64,000 nt of DNA from Basidiobolus meristosporus CBS 931.73 (Eukaryota > Fungi > Basidiobolomycota), in the NCBI GenBank assembly GCA_002104905.1, contig MCFE01000372.1, positions 21,120-85,119 on the forward strand. Reading direction: 5' to 3'. The notes below the pieces were generated by a model, which made no database searches, was not told the DNA's origin, and saw only the letters and a list, made by a program, of their open reading frames with translations. Position 1 is the first letter of the stretch, and the number at the start of each line of letters is the position of its first letter. The position numbers were made by a program, and so were the translations under genes. This document shows positions 50,381-61,280 of the stretch, one piece after another.

Positions 50381-50602
50381 ATAAATGGAAGTGAGTCAAA
50401 CTAAAGGGGAAATAGTGTTACATATATGTGTGTATGTGGTGCCACAACTTTATTTATAATGATTACTATGGCAGGTCATCATTGAATCATACATTCATGT
50501 ACATGGAATTTCTCATATACAAGACTGTCTTACGTTCACATGAGTATTGACCAAAAAGATATATAATAGTTTTACATTGTTGAAGGTCAAACTGTTTGAC
50601 CC

Positions 50603-53600
50603 ATGGATAAGACTTCTTTGACTCAATGCCATAAGAGAAGAGAAAAAAAACCATGTGGCTATTGTGGCAAGCCCCTCAGCCATGAAACATGCAGACAGCA
50701 TAGGAAGTATTACAAGGATCATGACCAGTGTTTTGCCACCCAAGTCATATTTGACCTTTCATTAGTCACTACTGTATCAACATTATCTTGCCAGCCAGTT
50801 GATACCTCTATATCAGCACCTGCCTATCTTTGTCACCTTGCACAAACTGAGTCAGGTAAGTTTGTGATGCCTTTAGGCTCACCTCAGCCTTCTGAATATG
50901 GCACTCAGAGTGACAGCTCTGACAAAGCAGGCTCACTGATGGATTTTGAGCCTATCACCCCTAACAACAGTACCACATATGAGCCTGGTCAAACCCTTAT
51001 ATTCAATGTGACAACATTTGTTGAATGAAGTGTCAAGGATACCTTATAGTGCCAAGTGAGCCCTGTGGTCATCTACTTGTGAATGATGTAAAGTTGTGGC
51101 ATGAGAAGTGGCACATTTACACTAATATCAGTAATAGGGGCTTTAAGGATTCACTACTACCTCTTGCCAAAATCATACTGGGATGCAACCTACCATGTAA
51201 ATGGTACAAGTAGACAACTGTCATGCAGCTGGCAACATATGATCTAGAGACAGTCCTGATTCCAGCATGTGTTAACAGTTGCTTGGCATTCACATCTAAA
51301 AATACTACCATTGCAACATTTCCAAATTGTCAGGAATCCACCACCATTGAGTGAAAACATTGTTCACACTCTAGATATACTCCAGTCATACCCTGTCTGA
51401 GGAAGCTGATGCAGTCCAACAAATATTGCAAAGCTATGCAGTTCCACACTCAGTAGACTTGTACAAGTCTAGTATCAATCAAGCACAAACATATGCAATA
51501 TATTTGATGGCAAATATTACAAACAGCTAAGAATCAAGGGCTACTTTGAAGGTATGCATGACCATGCCTTTGCTTTAGCACTTGATAAATTCTCATCAAA
51601 CAAGTACTCCACCAGCAAATCCTGCCAGCCACTGATTTTCATCAATCTGGATCTGCCACCAACAAACATCTTGTGGTATCAGACCAATAATCTGATGGTA
51701 GTCTCACTGGTATCAGGGCCAAAATCACTGTCCAACCTGGATAGCTACCTATATCCATTGCTGGATAAATTTTATATGCTGTCCAGCAGGATACCAGTAA
51801 ATGGCCGTCATGTAAAGGATCATAATATTATCTGCATTGGAGATACCCCAGCCATCAGCAAGATAGCAGGTTTTTCCAAGCACAATGGATGGTATTGCTG
51901 TCAAATATGTGAGATCAAGGGGATTTACTCCATAACTCACACACATTATTATTACCCAAACACCAGCACTAAGAACATCATCTTTCCACAGAGTGAACTA
52001 ACAGAAGTCAGCATGCAATTGCAGCAAGGTTGGCAAGCTATAAGCCATTGGCTAAAATATGGAATCAATTGGAAACCAGAGATACTTAAGATAGAGGATA
52101 TCTATTGGAGCAAAAGCTTTCCACTGGGAGCAATGCATTTGCTTTTCAACAATATCCCTATATTGATGACCAAGTTGTACATGGGGCATTTCAAGCTAAA
52201 TGAGCCGTTTGAAATAGTGGAAAAATTTGAAAGAATTGGCAAGATATTACAGAGTATTGCTATCCTAAGTACTTCTCACAGGCCCCAATTAATAATTATA
52301 TGCATATGCAACAATACAAATGCAAAGACTGGATGAACTGGATATGTATTTATTCAAGTGGTGTTCTGGAGTCATTCCCACCAAGAGTACATTTGAAGCA
52401 TTGGGAGTCATATGTGGACATTGTAGGAATATTTATCCAGAAGCAGATCACCAATGCCAACTTGACACATCTACAGCTATTGTGTGAGGGGTTTGTGATG
52501 AGATTTGAGCAGCTATACTACAAACATAATGCTGAATGTGTAGATCTCTGCTGCCACTGTATCCATTCTCTACTCCATCTAGCACAGTATGTGGAAGATA
52601 TTGGGCCTTACTTTACCCTTTGGGAGTATCCTATGGAGCAGGTGTGTGGGGAGATAGGAAGATGAGTCAAGTTGCAGGTACTACCATATCCTAATCTCAT
52701 CAAGAATATTACCTTCAAGTCTGTCATGGATGTGATGAGTTGGCACATATAGGACAGCCAGGAAGTACTGGAAAATACTAGACTTGTTCCATTGGATAGT
52801 GCCACATTGAGTCATGAGTGCCAAATGATGCCATAGTATGCCAGAGAGGCCAAGAGAGCCTTTACTTGGCCACAGAGTGTGAAACATAGATCTGCATGTT
52901 CATGCAAGGCAGCCCCTGAGTTTCACCTATGATGCAGGAGAAAATCCATTTTTTGACATTTTTTTGTGGATCAATATTGTGCATGATGTGTAAGAGCACA
53001 GAAGGATTGAAGATATACATCTGGTACTCAATACCCACGGCACTCTGAATCTAGCTCCTGTGGCTTGTAACAGGTCACAAAAATGCATGGCACTATCTTG
53101 GTCCACTGGTACTATCCGGCACTATATTTAAGTATTAGCCCTAAAGTAAGATCAATACAAAGCACTTATAGCGCCAGATAGTACCAGTGGACCAAGAGAG
53201 TGCCAAGCATTTTTGTAACATTTTACAAGCCATATGAGCTAGATTCAGATTGCCATGGGTATTGAGTACCAGATGTATATCTTCAATCCTTTTGTGCACT
53301 TAAACATCCTGTACAACATTTACCTAAAAAAAAGGTCAAAAAATGGATTTTCTCCTTCACAATGTGTGAAACACAGGGGCTGCTTTGCATGAAGATGCAG
53401 CACTGTGCTGCACACTCTGTGGCCAAGTGTAGGCTCACTTAGCCTCCCTGGCACACTATGGCATCATTTGGCACTCATGGCTCAATATGGCACTATCCAA
53501 TGGAACAGGTCTACTCAGAACAAATGTGCACATGGAGACATCCATGCCTGTGGTATTAACAAGCTAAGCAGCCCCAATGTGTGGGTAATTGGTTAAGTAA

Positions 53601-53992
53601 TGCAAACTTGAGTTGGGTGCAACAAGCAACTGATTTTTATCAGTAAAACTCAACCAAGGTATGCCGGATTTCTCATGGTCACAAGCCAACTTCTAGAATC
53701 CAGCAGGGAGAAGGAATATATTGGCTAATACCAAGAATGTCTTTGCAGATATTCAGGAGGTATTCATGGCAGAAGTGGTGACAACCAAGCATATGTTTAC
53801 AAGATGTATAGGTTACCAGCAGTACAAGGTATATGGCAACTTTGCAAGTATCACACAAAAAGCTGTAAAGTTGAGGTGATAGATGTATGTCAATTGCAGC
53901 AGGTGTGCATGTTTGTAGAGGTTAGTAAGCAGGAGGTCATAGTTTTTTTTGATTTCAACTATATGTGGAATACCCAAGGTAGTAGTGGGTAA
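50603..53992 (+). pseudogene. Tnp2-family (CACTA/EnSpm, Transposase_21-like) DDE transposase, frameshifted and MITE-interrupted
   Basis: N-terminal CGYC..H, then CVNSCLAF..C, LALD..QPLIFINLDLPP..SGPK..LDSYLYPLLD, IGDTPAISKIAGFSKHNGWYCCQIC, GAMHLLFNN, HSLLHL..W.YPMEQVCG and C-terminal EVIDV. These motifs are typical of Tnp2 transposases. Confidence 0.9.
52780..53512. mobile_element. Non-autonomous foldback/MITE-like element: ~347-bp inverted arms around a 40-bp spacer, 3-bp TSD ACT
   Basis: AGACTTGTTCCATTGGATAGTGCC.. at the left end pairs with ..GGCACTATCCAATGGAACAGGTCT at the right. Arms are 52780-53126 and 53167-53512, flanked by ACT at 52777-52779 and 53513-53515. Confidence 0.88.
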
Positions 53993-54104
53993 GCAAATAA
54001 AGAGGGGTGATTTAACAGTGAAATATATGAATTGCACAAGGGGAGGTAGAGAAAGGAAATACCATTTGGTAAATTGGTACAGCAGCTTTATGCACAACCA
54101 GCGG

Positions 54105-55175
54105 TGTAGTGGGGTGACAGTGACACCCACTGACAGATGTGCTCATTCCCTTATTTTCTACTTCCCTATATCCCTACTACACTCATTTTAGTTTTATCCC
54201 ATTTGTCTTACCCAATCAGTACTATCCCATAAGCTGGTTGACTATCACACCTGCTTACCTTATTGCATAAGTTACCCCTCACTTTATGTAAGATTACTAG
54301 TTACAAGTGCTTCTATATTAGGCAAGTACCCGCGCCAGTACCCGTGACACATGATCAACCCGTGTCACCATCCCTACCATTTCCATACCATATATGGTAT
54401 CCCCATGTTACACAGGTTTCAGAATACTGATTCCTGATTGGTTGGATGTGCTGTGCCTCTTAGAACCTTCCGGCACCTACTTAGAACATTCTTAGGTCAT
54501 TCTGATGTCATTAAGATTTCTATTGAACTCCGGAACCTTCTGGAACACCATGATTAGTAATCACTTAGCCAGTGAGAAAAGTATATAAGGGAGGCTATCC
54601 CTCAACAATAAATCATCATCCCTTTTATCAATATACCGACTTGTTGATTAGTGTGATCACTGCTACCTGCTGCTACCTGAACTTCCAACCCTAGACCACA
54701 GGACACTCCCAGGAAACCGCGCTGACAGCCAACTGACCTTGGAGGCACTACTTGTGAGGAATACTCAGAGTAGGTATCTTTTATTATATTTGATTCTTTC
54801 CCAAGTTTGTTCTTGTACAGGCAAAGATACTTTTCTGTCTTTGTAACTATTGACCACAGCTGCATTCTTATCAAGTCCCTGCTGGTGGAGTTTACAGTTG
54901 TTTTGACTTTGGAAGCTTTAGTACATTGTCATCTCAAAGGACGCTGAACCCAGCACATACTTTTGTTAAGACGCCAACTAAGTTGGGAATTGTAGCTCAA
55001 TAGTTTTCCCTTGACAAGCTTGTGGCTTTATCCCCCTTCACATTAGATTAGAGACAGAACCCAAGTATTCCTAGCAAGCTTTTGCCAGAGGTTATTGCAC
55101 CCAGTGAACACCCCACACACAAAACACTTGAGAAGTGTTGGACGTATCTCTCCCTTGGACCTATACACCACCACA
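54105..55175 (+). repeat. Gypsy LTR 1 (1071 bp)
   Basis: TGTAGTGGGG..CACCACCACA; TATA (GTATATAAG ~54581) and AATAAA (~54607). Confidence 0.95.
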
Positions 55176-55179
55176 TAAT

Positions 55180-55197
55180 TGGCACCCAACGTGGGGG
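55180..55197 (+). promoter_or_regulatory. Primer-binding site complementary to tRNA-Lys(CUU) 3' end
   Basis: TGGCACCCAACGTGGGGG versus the canonical Lys1,2 PBS TGGCGCCCAACGTGGGGC, 4 nt after the LTR. Repeated at 61285-61302. Confidence 0.85.
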
Positions 55198-55315
55198 GTT
55201 CATACAAGCTCCCTAGGACCCAACAAGATTTACCTGAAGATTTGAGCTGTTATCCACCTATTGAAAAGAGACTACCGATATTACCAAGATTACAACGCCA
55301 ACCTACCTGCCCAAC

Positions 55316-58300
55316 ATGAACTCTATGCCATTACCACTCTCACATGGAGCCCCACAGTTTGATGGAAAGAATGTGGAAAGCTTCATATTCAAATGGGAGA
55401 AGCTCTGCAAGATGTGCAGCCTATCTGAACAAGAAATGGCTGAAGACTTCCCCTACTACTGCACCGATGATATTACCACTAAGCTTCTCAGACAAGGAGA
55501 CATTCTCACTGACTGGGCCTTAATGAAGACCTACCTACAGACCGAGTATGGTAGACCCCAGATATACTATGGAATTGAAGACCTCAGGCACTTTGGAAGA
55601 ACTGGACTTTCCAAGCTACCACTTGAAGAGTTCATTCAACAGTATGAAGATATGGCCAAGCCACTCCTAGAGTCCCAGGCTATAACTGAGTTTACCTTGA
55701 CACTTTACCTTGCACAAGGGCTTCCCCAGGACTTGGCAAGGAAAGTTGACTTACATGCTGCCAAGGATGACAAGTCTGGCATTCCTTGCTTTGCAGAGAT
55801 GAAACGTGTTCTCCTAGAGGCAAAGCAAACTTCTACCTTTATGAGACTCCTGACATCTAATCTGCCAGACCAGTCAACCAAGGAGCCAAGGAGTGCTGCT
55901 GCTGACAATCAGACCTACACTACCGACAGAATTGACCAACTTGCTGAACAGTTACAAAAGCTAGCCCTCAAGATTAATGGCTCAGCTGAGGTTCCTTCTG
56001 AGGGACAAAGACCTTTGCCCAGGCACTGCATCTGGTGTGACTCTACTCAGCATGCCAGACAAGAATGCTCAGAGCTTAGTCAGCTACTCAGAGAAGGAGC
56101 AGTACAGTTTGATGCTGATGGAATGCTTGCTGACAAGGAAGGAAGAAGGATTCCCACTAATTTCCGAAGAGGAGGGATGAGAGCCCTTTTCCAGAAATCT
56201 GACTCAGCAACCAGAAAGATTACTGTCGATGCCCCTATTGGGACTCATAAAGTGAATTCAAGCAGCTCTGACAACAGACAATATGAAGTTGATGCCTTTG
56301 CTACCAAAAGACACCTCCCTGAAGAACCTGCCAAACCCATCCTTAGAAGACCACGATTTGAAGAACCTAAAGTTGTTATTGACAAGAGGCCTAGTATGCT
56401 GCCCACCCAAGATCCATTGCCTCACTTTCAGATGACCTCAAAGATAACAAGCTACTCAAGCCCTCAACTGATTACTGAGAAGCTGCTGAAGCAGAACCTC
56501 ACTTTGTCGGTTGGAGAAATCATGAGTGTATCCCCATCTGTTAGGAAGACCTTTGATGAGCAGCTTAGAACAAGACGACAAGCTGTTGAACATATGGACA
56601 CCCATATAATTCACACAAACCATGAAGACCACCAAAAAGATGACAACACTACTGAGTATAAGACCTTTTACTCAGTTGCAACTGCTGTGGTGAAAGGATA
56701 TATATATGATGACCCTGTTGACTGCCATATTGACAGTGGCTCAGAGATTTGTGTTATGCCGCTAGACTTCTGGAAGACACTTAGAAGCAAGGAGCTACTG
56801 CCTGTTGATAGAGATATTGGATGGAACATGACTGATGCAAACTCAGGATCTAGTCCACTCTACGGTGTAGTGCACAAGTTCCCTATTGAGGTACAAGGAA
56901 TCAAGGTCTGGCTTCCCCTCTTCATCTGCCAGAAGGCAAACTTTGACCTTCTGCTAGGTAGACCATGGGAAACCAGTACTAAGGCTACAACTACCAACTA
57001 TTCCAATGGGTCAGTATGGTACACCATACAAGGATCCAATCCAGGACTACAGTCAACCTTCTGTGGTGTAACACCCAACAATAAGAGGACACATACTGCT
57101 TGCCAGAAGGCACATCTTGTTATGGAAGAAGATGAAGAGCCTGACAATATACACCCCAACATTTGGAGCTGCTCATTAGGTATACAGGAGCAAACAGCTA
57201 TGGTTCGAACAAAATACAAGACAGTAGAACAGAAGATTAGACCATCACTTACACCTTTGACTGATGGATCCCGACCTGCTGATTACATTAGACCACCAGA
57301 AGAAACACCAGATGATACACAACTTACACCTGAGAGACTTAAGCAACTTATCATTGGTGATGGAAACCTTACACCAGAGGAGATACTATTATTTAAGGAG
57401 ACCTTGAAAAGGCATGATAAGGTCTTCTCATATAATGACAAGGAGATGGGACTCTTAAAGACATCGGTTGAAAAACCCATCAAGATTCATACAGTGCCCC
57501 ACACACCCTGGTCATTTAAGCCTTACCAACTGCCCAGAGGACTCCAAGCTGATGTGCATGACCTACTTAAGAAGAAGATAGAAGCTGGTATCCTAGAACC
57601 TTGCCATGGACCCTATGCTAACAGATGGTTTGTGACCAAAAAGAAGAATGGAAAGCTCCGATTCATTCAAGACATGCAACCTGCAAATGCTGTCACTATC
57701 AGAGATGCTGCTATACCTCCATCTATTGATGACTTTACAGAAAGCTTTAGTGGCCACTCCATCTACTCAACATACGATCTCTACTCAGGATATGACCAGA
57801 TTCCCCTTGATGAGACATCAAGAGATATGTTTGCACTACAGACACCATTTGGACTATTAAGGATGACAAGACTCAGCCAAGGGGCTACAAACTCCGTGGC
57901 TCAGTTCCAGAGATGCATGGTGAATGTGCTATACCAGTTTATACCTGAGAAACTTGCTGTCTTTGTGGATGACATAGGCATCAAAGGATCAAAATTCCGG
58001 GACACCACTGAAGTTATGCCTGGAGTAAGAAAGTTTGTCTATGACCATATTGCAGACAATGATGCCATATTAGGAGCCATTGAAGAAGCTGGACTCACCA
58101 TCAGTGGTGAGAAAAGCAGCTTTGGTGTATCAGAGATATCCATTGTTGGACAAAAATGCAACACCTTTGGTCGCTCACCTGGAGACTCCAAGACACAAAA
58201 GATATGCAACTGGCCTACCCCCTCAAATCTAACACAAGCTCGTGGCTTTGTGGCAGCTTGTGGGTTCTTTAGGATCTGGATCCCAAGATTTTCTGAGATA

Positions 58301-60169
58301 GCAGAACCAATCTACCAACTACAGAGAAAGAATACCCCATTTATCTGGGGAGAAGAGCAAGAAGAAGCCATGCAATTACTGAAAGAGGCCTTAGTATCTC
58401 CACCAGTTCTAAGACCTCTTGACTATCAAAACACTGAATGCCCACCTATTTTGACAGTGGATGCAAGCCCCATAGGAGCTGGAGCACTACTTGGACAAGA
58501 TGATGAAGATGGCAACCGCTATGCCTGCAGATATGAGAGCTGCCTATTCTCTCCTAGAGAACAAAGATACTCACAGATTAAGAGAGAACTACTAGGAGTT
58601 GTGAAGATGCTGAGGAAACTGAAGTCACAACTCTACATGACACATTTTATCCTGGAGACAGATGCCAAGCCACTTATAGGAATGATCAACAAGCCTGACC
58701 TACCTGATGATGCCACAAACCGATGGATGGCATGGCTGAAAATGTTTGACTTTGAGGTCAAACATATCCCTGGCAAGACAAATGTTGTGGCTGATGCACT
58801 CTCCAGGAAGGGACCACAATTATTTGAAGACTTGGACCCTCACTTTGATGATATTATTGATGCAGAGATCCGACAGATTGCCATCAAAGACCAAGAGAGA
58901 ACTACCTGGAGTCTGATCAAGGAATATCTAAGGACACTTAAGAAACCTAGTTGGATGGATATTCAGGAGTTTAGAAAACTCAGGAAGAAGGCACACCACT
59001 ACTATCTTAAAGATGATCTTCTCTTTAAGCGAGTGAAGCCTGGACTTATGCCAAGAAGAGTAGTCACTACCCCTCAAGAGCAACTGAACATCATGACAAG
59101 TATCCACCAAGGAGAACCAGGAGGACATAGAGGACGAGAAGCCACATACAATACCACAGCTCAGAGGTACTACTGGGAAAACATGTACTATGATATCCAG
59201 CACTTTGTTGAGTCATGTGTAGCCTGCCAGAAGAGATCCTCCAAGCGTTATGAAGAACCACTGCATCCTACTTACACAATCTGTCTATGGCAAAAGGTTG
59301 GTATTGACCTTGTCCACATGCCAACAGCTGGATCAAAAAAGTACCTGATTGTTGCTAGAGATGACCTTAGTGGATGGGCAGAGGCTCGAGCCTTGCCCAA
59401 CAACAAGAGCCATACCATATGGAGATTTATACTTGAAGACATCATCTGCAGATTTGGCTGCATCCGACAGTTTGTTGCTGACAGAGGAGAGATGACATCC
59501 CAAATGATCCAGGAGTTGTGCTCAAAGTACAAGATACACATTGCTTTCACAACAGCTTACCACCCTCAAGCCAATGGAATGATAGAGAGAGGACATGGAC
59601 CATTGGTGAACTCTCTTGTCAAGGCCTGTGAGAATAACACAACACTGTGGCCACAGCAATTACATCTTGCACTCTGGGCAGATAGAATTACTACCAAGAG
59701 AACAACTGGATTATTGCCATTCAAGCTACTCTATGGACATGACTGCATACTACCAGTTGAGTTAAACACAGTCACTTGGAACTCATTGAATTGGAGATCC
59801 AATATGCAGACTGAAGACCTCCTTGCAACTCGCATACAGCAACTTGATCACCATGACTTGAATATCAGCAGAGCTGCTGAACAACTTAAGGATACACGAC
59901 TAAAGAACAAGGTGCCCTTTGACAAATCACACCCAACAAGACCAAAACCACTATCACTAGGAGACCCAGTATTACTCTATGATTCTACCTTGGACAAGCA
60001 ATGGAGTCGGAAGTTTGACAACAAATGGACTGGCCCCTACCTCATTTCCAAAGTGATTGGAAATGGAAGTTATTACATATCTGAGCTTGACAACACCCAG
60101 TTGAGAGCACCAGTTGCTGGAAATCGACTTAAGTTATTCAAGCATAGGAATTTTGCACATCAAGATTAG
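55316..60169 (+). CDS. Gypsy single-ORF gag-pol polyprotein (gag, CCHC knuckle, aspartic protease, RT, RNase H, integrase; no chromodomain)
   Basis: 1617 aa without a break: CIWCDSTQHARQEC, HIDSGSE, YDLYSGYDQI, FVDD, TVDAS..LETD, H..GH..C..C, GIDL..ADRG..MIERGH. Confidence 0.97.
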   Translation: MNSMPLPLSHGAPQFDGKNVESFIFKWEKLCKMCSLSEQEMAEDFPYYCTDDITTKLLRQGDILTDWALMKTYLQTEYGRPQIYYGIEDLRHFGRTGLSKLPLEEFIQQYEDMAKPLLESQAITEFTLTLYLAQGLPQDLARKVDLHAAKDDKSGIPCFAEMKRVLLEAKQTSTFMRLLTSNLPDQSTKEPRSAAADNQTYTTDRIDQLAEQLQKLALKINGSAEVPSEGQRPLPRHCIWCDSTQHARQECSELSQLLREGAVQFDADGMLADKEGRRIPTNFRRGGMRALFQKSDSATRKITVDAPIGTHKVNSSSSDNRQYEVDAFATKRHLPEEPAKPILRRPRFEEPKVVIDKRPSMLPTQDPLPHFQMTSKITSYSSPQLITEKLLKQNLTLSVGEIMSVSPSVRKTFDEQLRTRRQAVEHMDTHIIHTNHEDHQKDDNTTEYKTFYSVATAVVKGYIYDDPVDCHIDSGSEICVMPLDFWKTLRSKELLPVDRDIGWNMTDANSGSSPLYGVVHKFPIEVQGIKVWLPLFICQKANFDLLLGRPWETSTKATTTNYSNGSVWYTIQGSNPGLQSTFCGVTPNNKRTHTACQKAHLVMEEDEEPDNIHPNIWSCSLGIQEQTAMVRTKYKTVEQKIRPSLTPLTDGSRPADYIRPPEETPDDTQLTPERLKQLIIGDGNLTPEEILLFKETLKRHDKVFSYNDKEMGLLKTSVEKPIKIHTVPHTPWSFKPYQLPRGLQADVHDLLKKKIEAGILEPCHGPYANRWFVTKKKNGKLRFIQDMQPANAVTIRDAAIPPSIDDFTESFSGHSIYSTYDLYSGYDQIPLDETSRDMFALQTPFGLLRMTRLSQGATNSVAQFQRCMVNVLYQFIPEKLAVFVDDIGIKGSKFRDTTEVMPGVRKFVYDHIADNDAILGAIEEAGLTISGEKSSFGVSEISIVGQKCNTFGRSPGDSKTQKICNWPTPSNLTQARGFVAACGFFRIWIPRFSEIAEPIYQLQRKNTPFIWGEEQEEAMQLLKEALVSPPVLRPLDYQNTECPPILTVDASPIGAGALLGQDDEDGNRYACRYESCLFSPREQRYSQIKRELLGVVKMLRKLKSQLYMTHFILETDAKPLIGMINKPDLPDDATNRWMAWLKMFDFEVKHIPGKTNVVADALSRKGPQLFEDLDPHFDDIIDAEIRQIAIKDQERTTWSLIKEYLRTLKKPSWMDIQEFRKLRKKAHHYYLKDDLLFKRVKPGLMPRRVVTTPQEQLNIMTSIHQGEPGGHRGREATYNTTAQRYYWENMYYDIQHFVESCVACQKRSSKRYEEPLHPTYTICLWQKVGIDLVHMPTAGSKKYLIVARDDLSGWAEARALPNNKSHTIWRFILEDIICRFGCIRQFVADRGEMTSQMIQELCSKYKIHIAFTTAYHPQANGMIERGHGPLVNSLVKACENNTTLWPQQLHLALWADRITTKRTTGLLPFKLLYGHDCILPVELNTVTWNSLNWRSNMQTEDLLATRIQQLDHHDLNISRAAEQLKDTRLKNKVPFDKSHPTRPKPLSLGDPVLLYDSTLDKQWSRKFDNKWTGPYLISKVIGNGSYYISELDNTQLRAPVAGNRLKLFKHRNFAHQD

Positions 60170-60194
60170 TTTGCTTTGACCCAAGTTCAAAGCT

Positions 60195-60208
60195 GAGAGG
60201 GGGGTGGA
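60195..60208 (+). promoter_or_regulatory. Polypurine tract of Gypsy copy 1
   Basis: GAGAGGGGGGTGGA immediately before LTR 2. Confidence 0.85.
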
Positions 60209-61280
60209 TGTAGTGGGGTGACAGTGACACCCACTGACAGATGTGCTCATTCCCTTATTTTCTACTTCCCTATATCTCTACTACACTTATTTTAGTTTTA
60301 TCCCATTTGTCTTACCCAATCAGTACTATCCCATAAGCCGGTTGACTATCACACCTGCTTACCTTATTGCATAAGTTACCCCTCACTTTATGTAAGATTA
60401 CTAGCTATAAGTACTTCTATATTAGGCAAGTACCCGCGCCAGTACCCGTGACACATGATCAGCCCGTGTCACCATCCCTACCATTTCCATACCATATATG
60501 GTATCCCCATGTTACACAGGTTTCAGAATACTGATTCCTGATTGGTTGGATGTGCTGTGCCTCTTAGAACCTTCCGGCACCTACTTAGAACATTCTTAGG
60601 TCATTCTGATGTCATTAAGATTTCTATTGATACTCCGGAACCTTCTGGAACACCATGATTAGTAATCACTTAGCCAGTGAGAAAAGTATATAAGGGAGGC
60701 TATCCCTCAACAATAAATCATCATCCCTTTTATCAATATACCGACTTGTTGATTAGTGTGATCACTGCTACCTGCTGCTACCTGAACTTCCAACCCTAGA
60801 CCACAGGACACTCCCAGGAAACCGCGCTGACAGCCAACTGACCTTGGAGGCACTACTTGTGAGGAATACTCAGAGTAGGTATCTTTTATTATATTTGATT
60901 CTTTCCCAAGTTTGTTCTTGTACAGGCAAAGATACTTTTCTGTCTTTGTAACTATTGACCAAAGCTGCATTCTTATCAAGTCCCTGCTGGTGGAGTTTAC
61001 AGTTGTTTTGACTTTGGAAGCTTTAGTACATTGTCATCTCAAAGGACGCTGAACCCAGCACATACTTTTGTTAAGACGCCAACTAAGTTGGGGATTGTAG
61101 CTCAATAGTTTTCCCTTGACAAGCTTGTGGCTTTATTCCCCTTCACATTAGATTAGAGACAGAACCCAAGTATTCCTAGCAAGCTTTTGCCAGAGGTTAT
61201 CGCACCCAGTGAACACCCCACACACAAAACACTTGAGAAGTGTTGGACGTATCTCTCCCTTGGACTTATACACCACCACA
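60209..61280 (+). repeat. Gypsy LTR 2 (1072 bp), shared as 3' LTR of copy 1 and 5' LTR of copy 2
   Basis: About a dozen substitutions, mostly transitions, and one 1-bp insertion versus LTR 1. Followed by a second PBS and gag. Confidence 0.95.

Larger units (their letters stand above)
48058..54104. mobile_element. CMC/CACTA (EnSpm-like) DNA transposon copy 3: left terminus CCCTA, ORF2 (-), Tnp2 transposase (+); cut by Gypsy, right end not in window
   Basis: Terminus CCCTATGAGAAATT fits the CMC consensus CMCWR. Two divergent genes. Contains the foldback insertion at 52780-53512. Confidence 0.8.
54105..61280 (+). mobile_element. Ty3/Gypsy LTR retrotransposon copy 1, apparently intact
   Basis: LTRs 54105-55175 and 60209-61280 (TG..CA, ~99% identical), a PBS, a PPT and one intact gag-pol ORF. 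Confidence 0.97.

Noticed and set aside
54602-54874. 90-aa antisense ORF in both Gypsy LTRs (also 60707-60979)
   Set aside because: It is identical only because the LTRs are recent duplicates; non-ATG start and no motif.
54984-55010. GGGAATTGTAGCTCAATAG as a tRNA 5' half inside the LTR
   Set aside because: No T-loop or acceptor stem downstream; at most a small hairpin.
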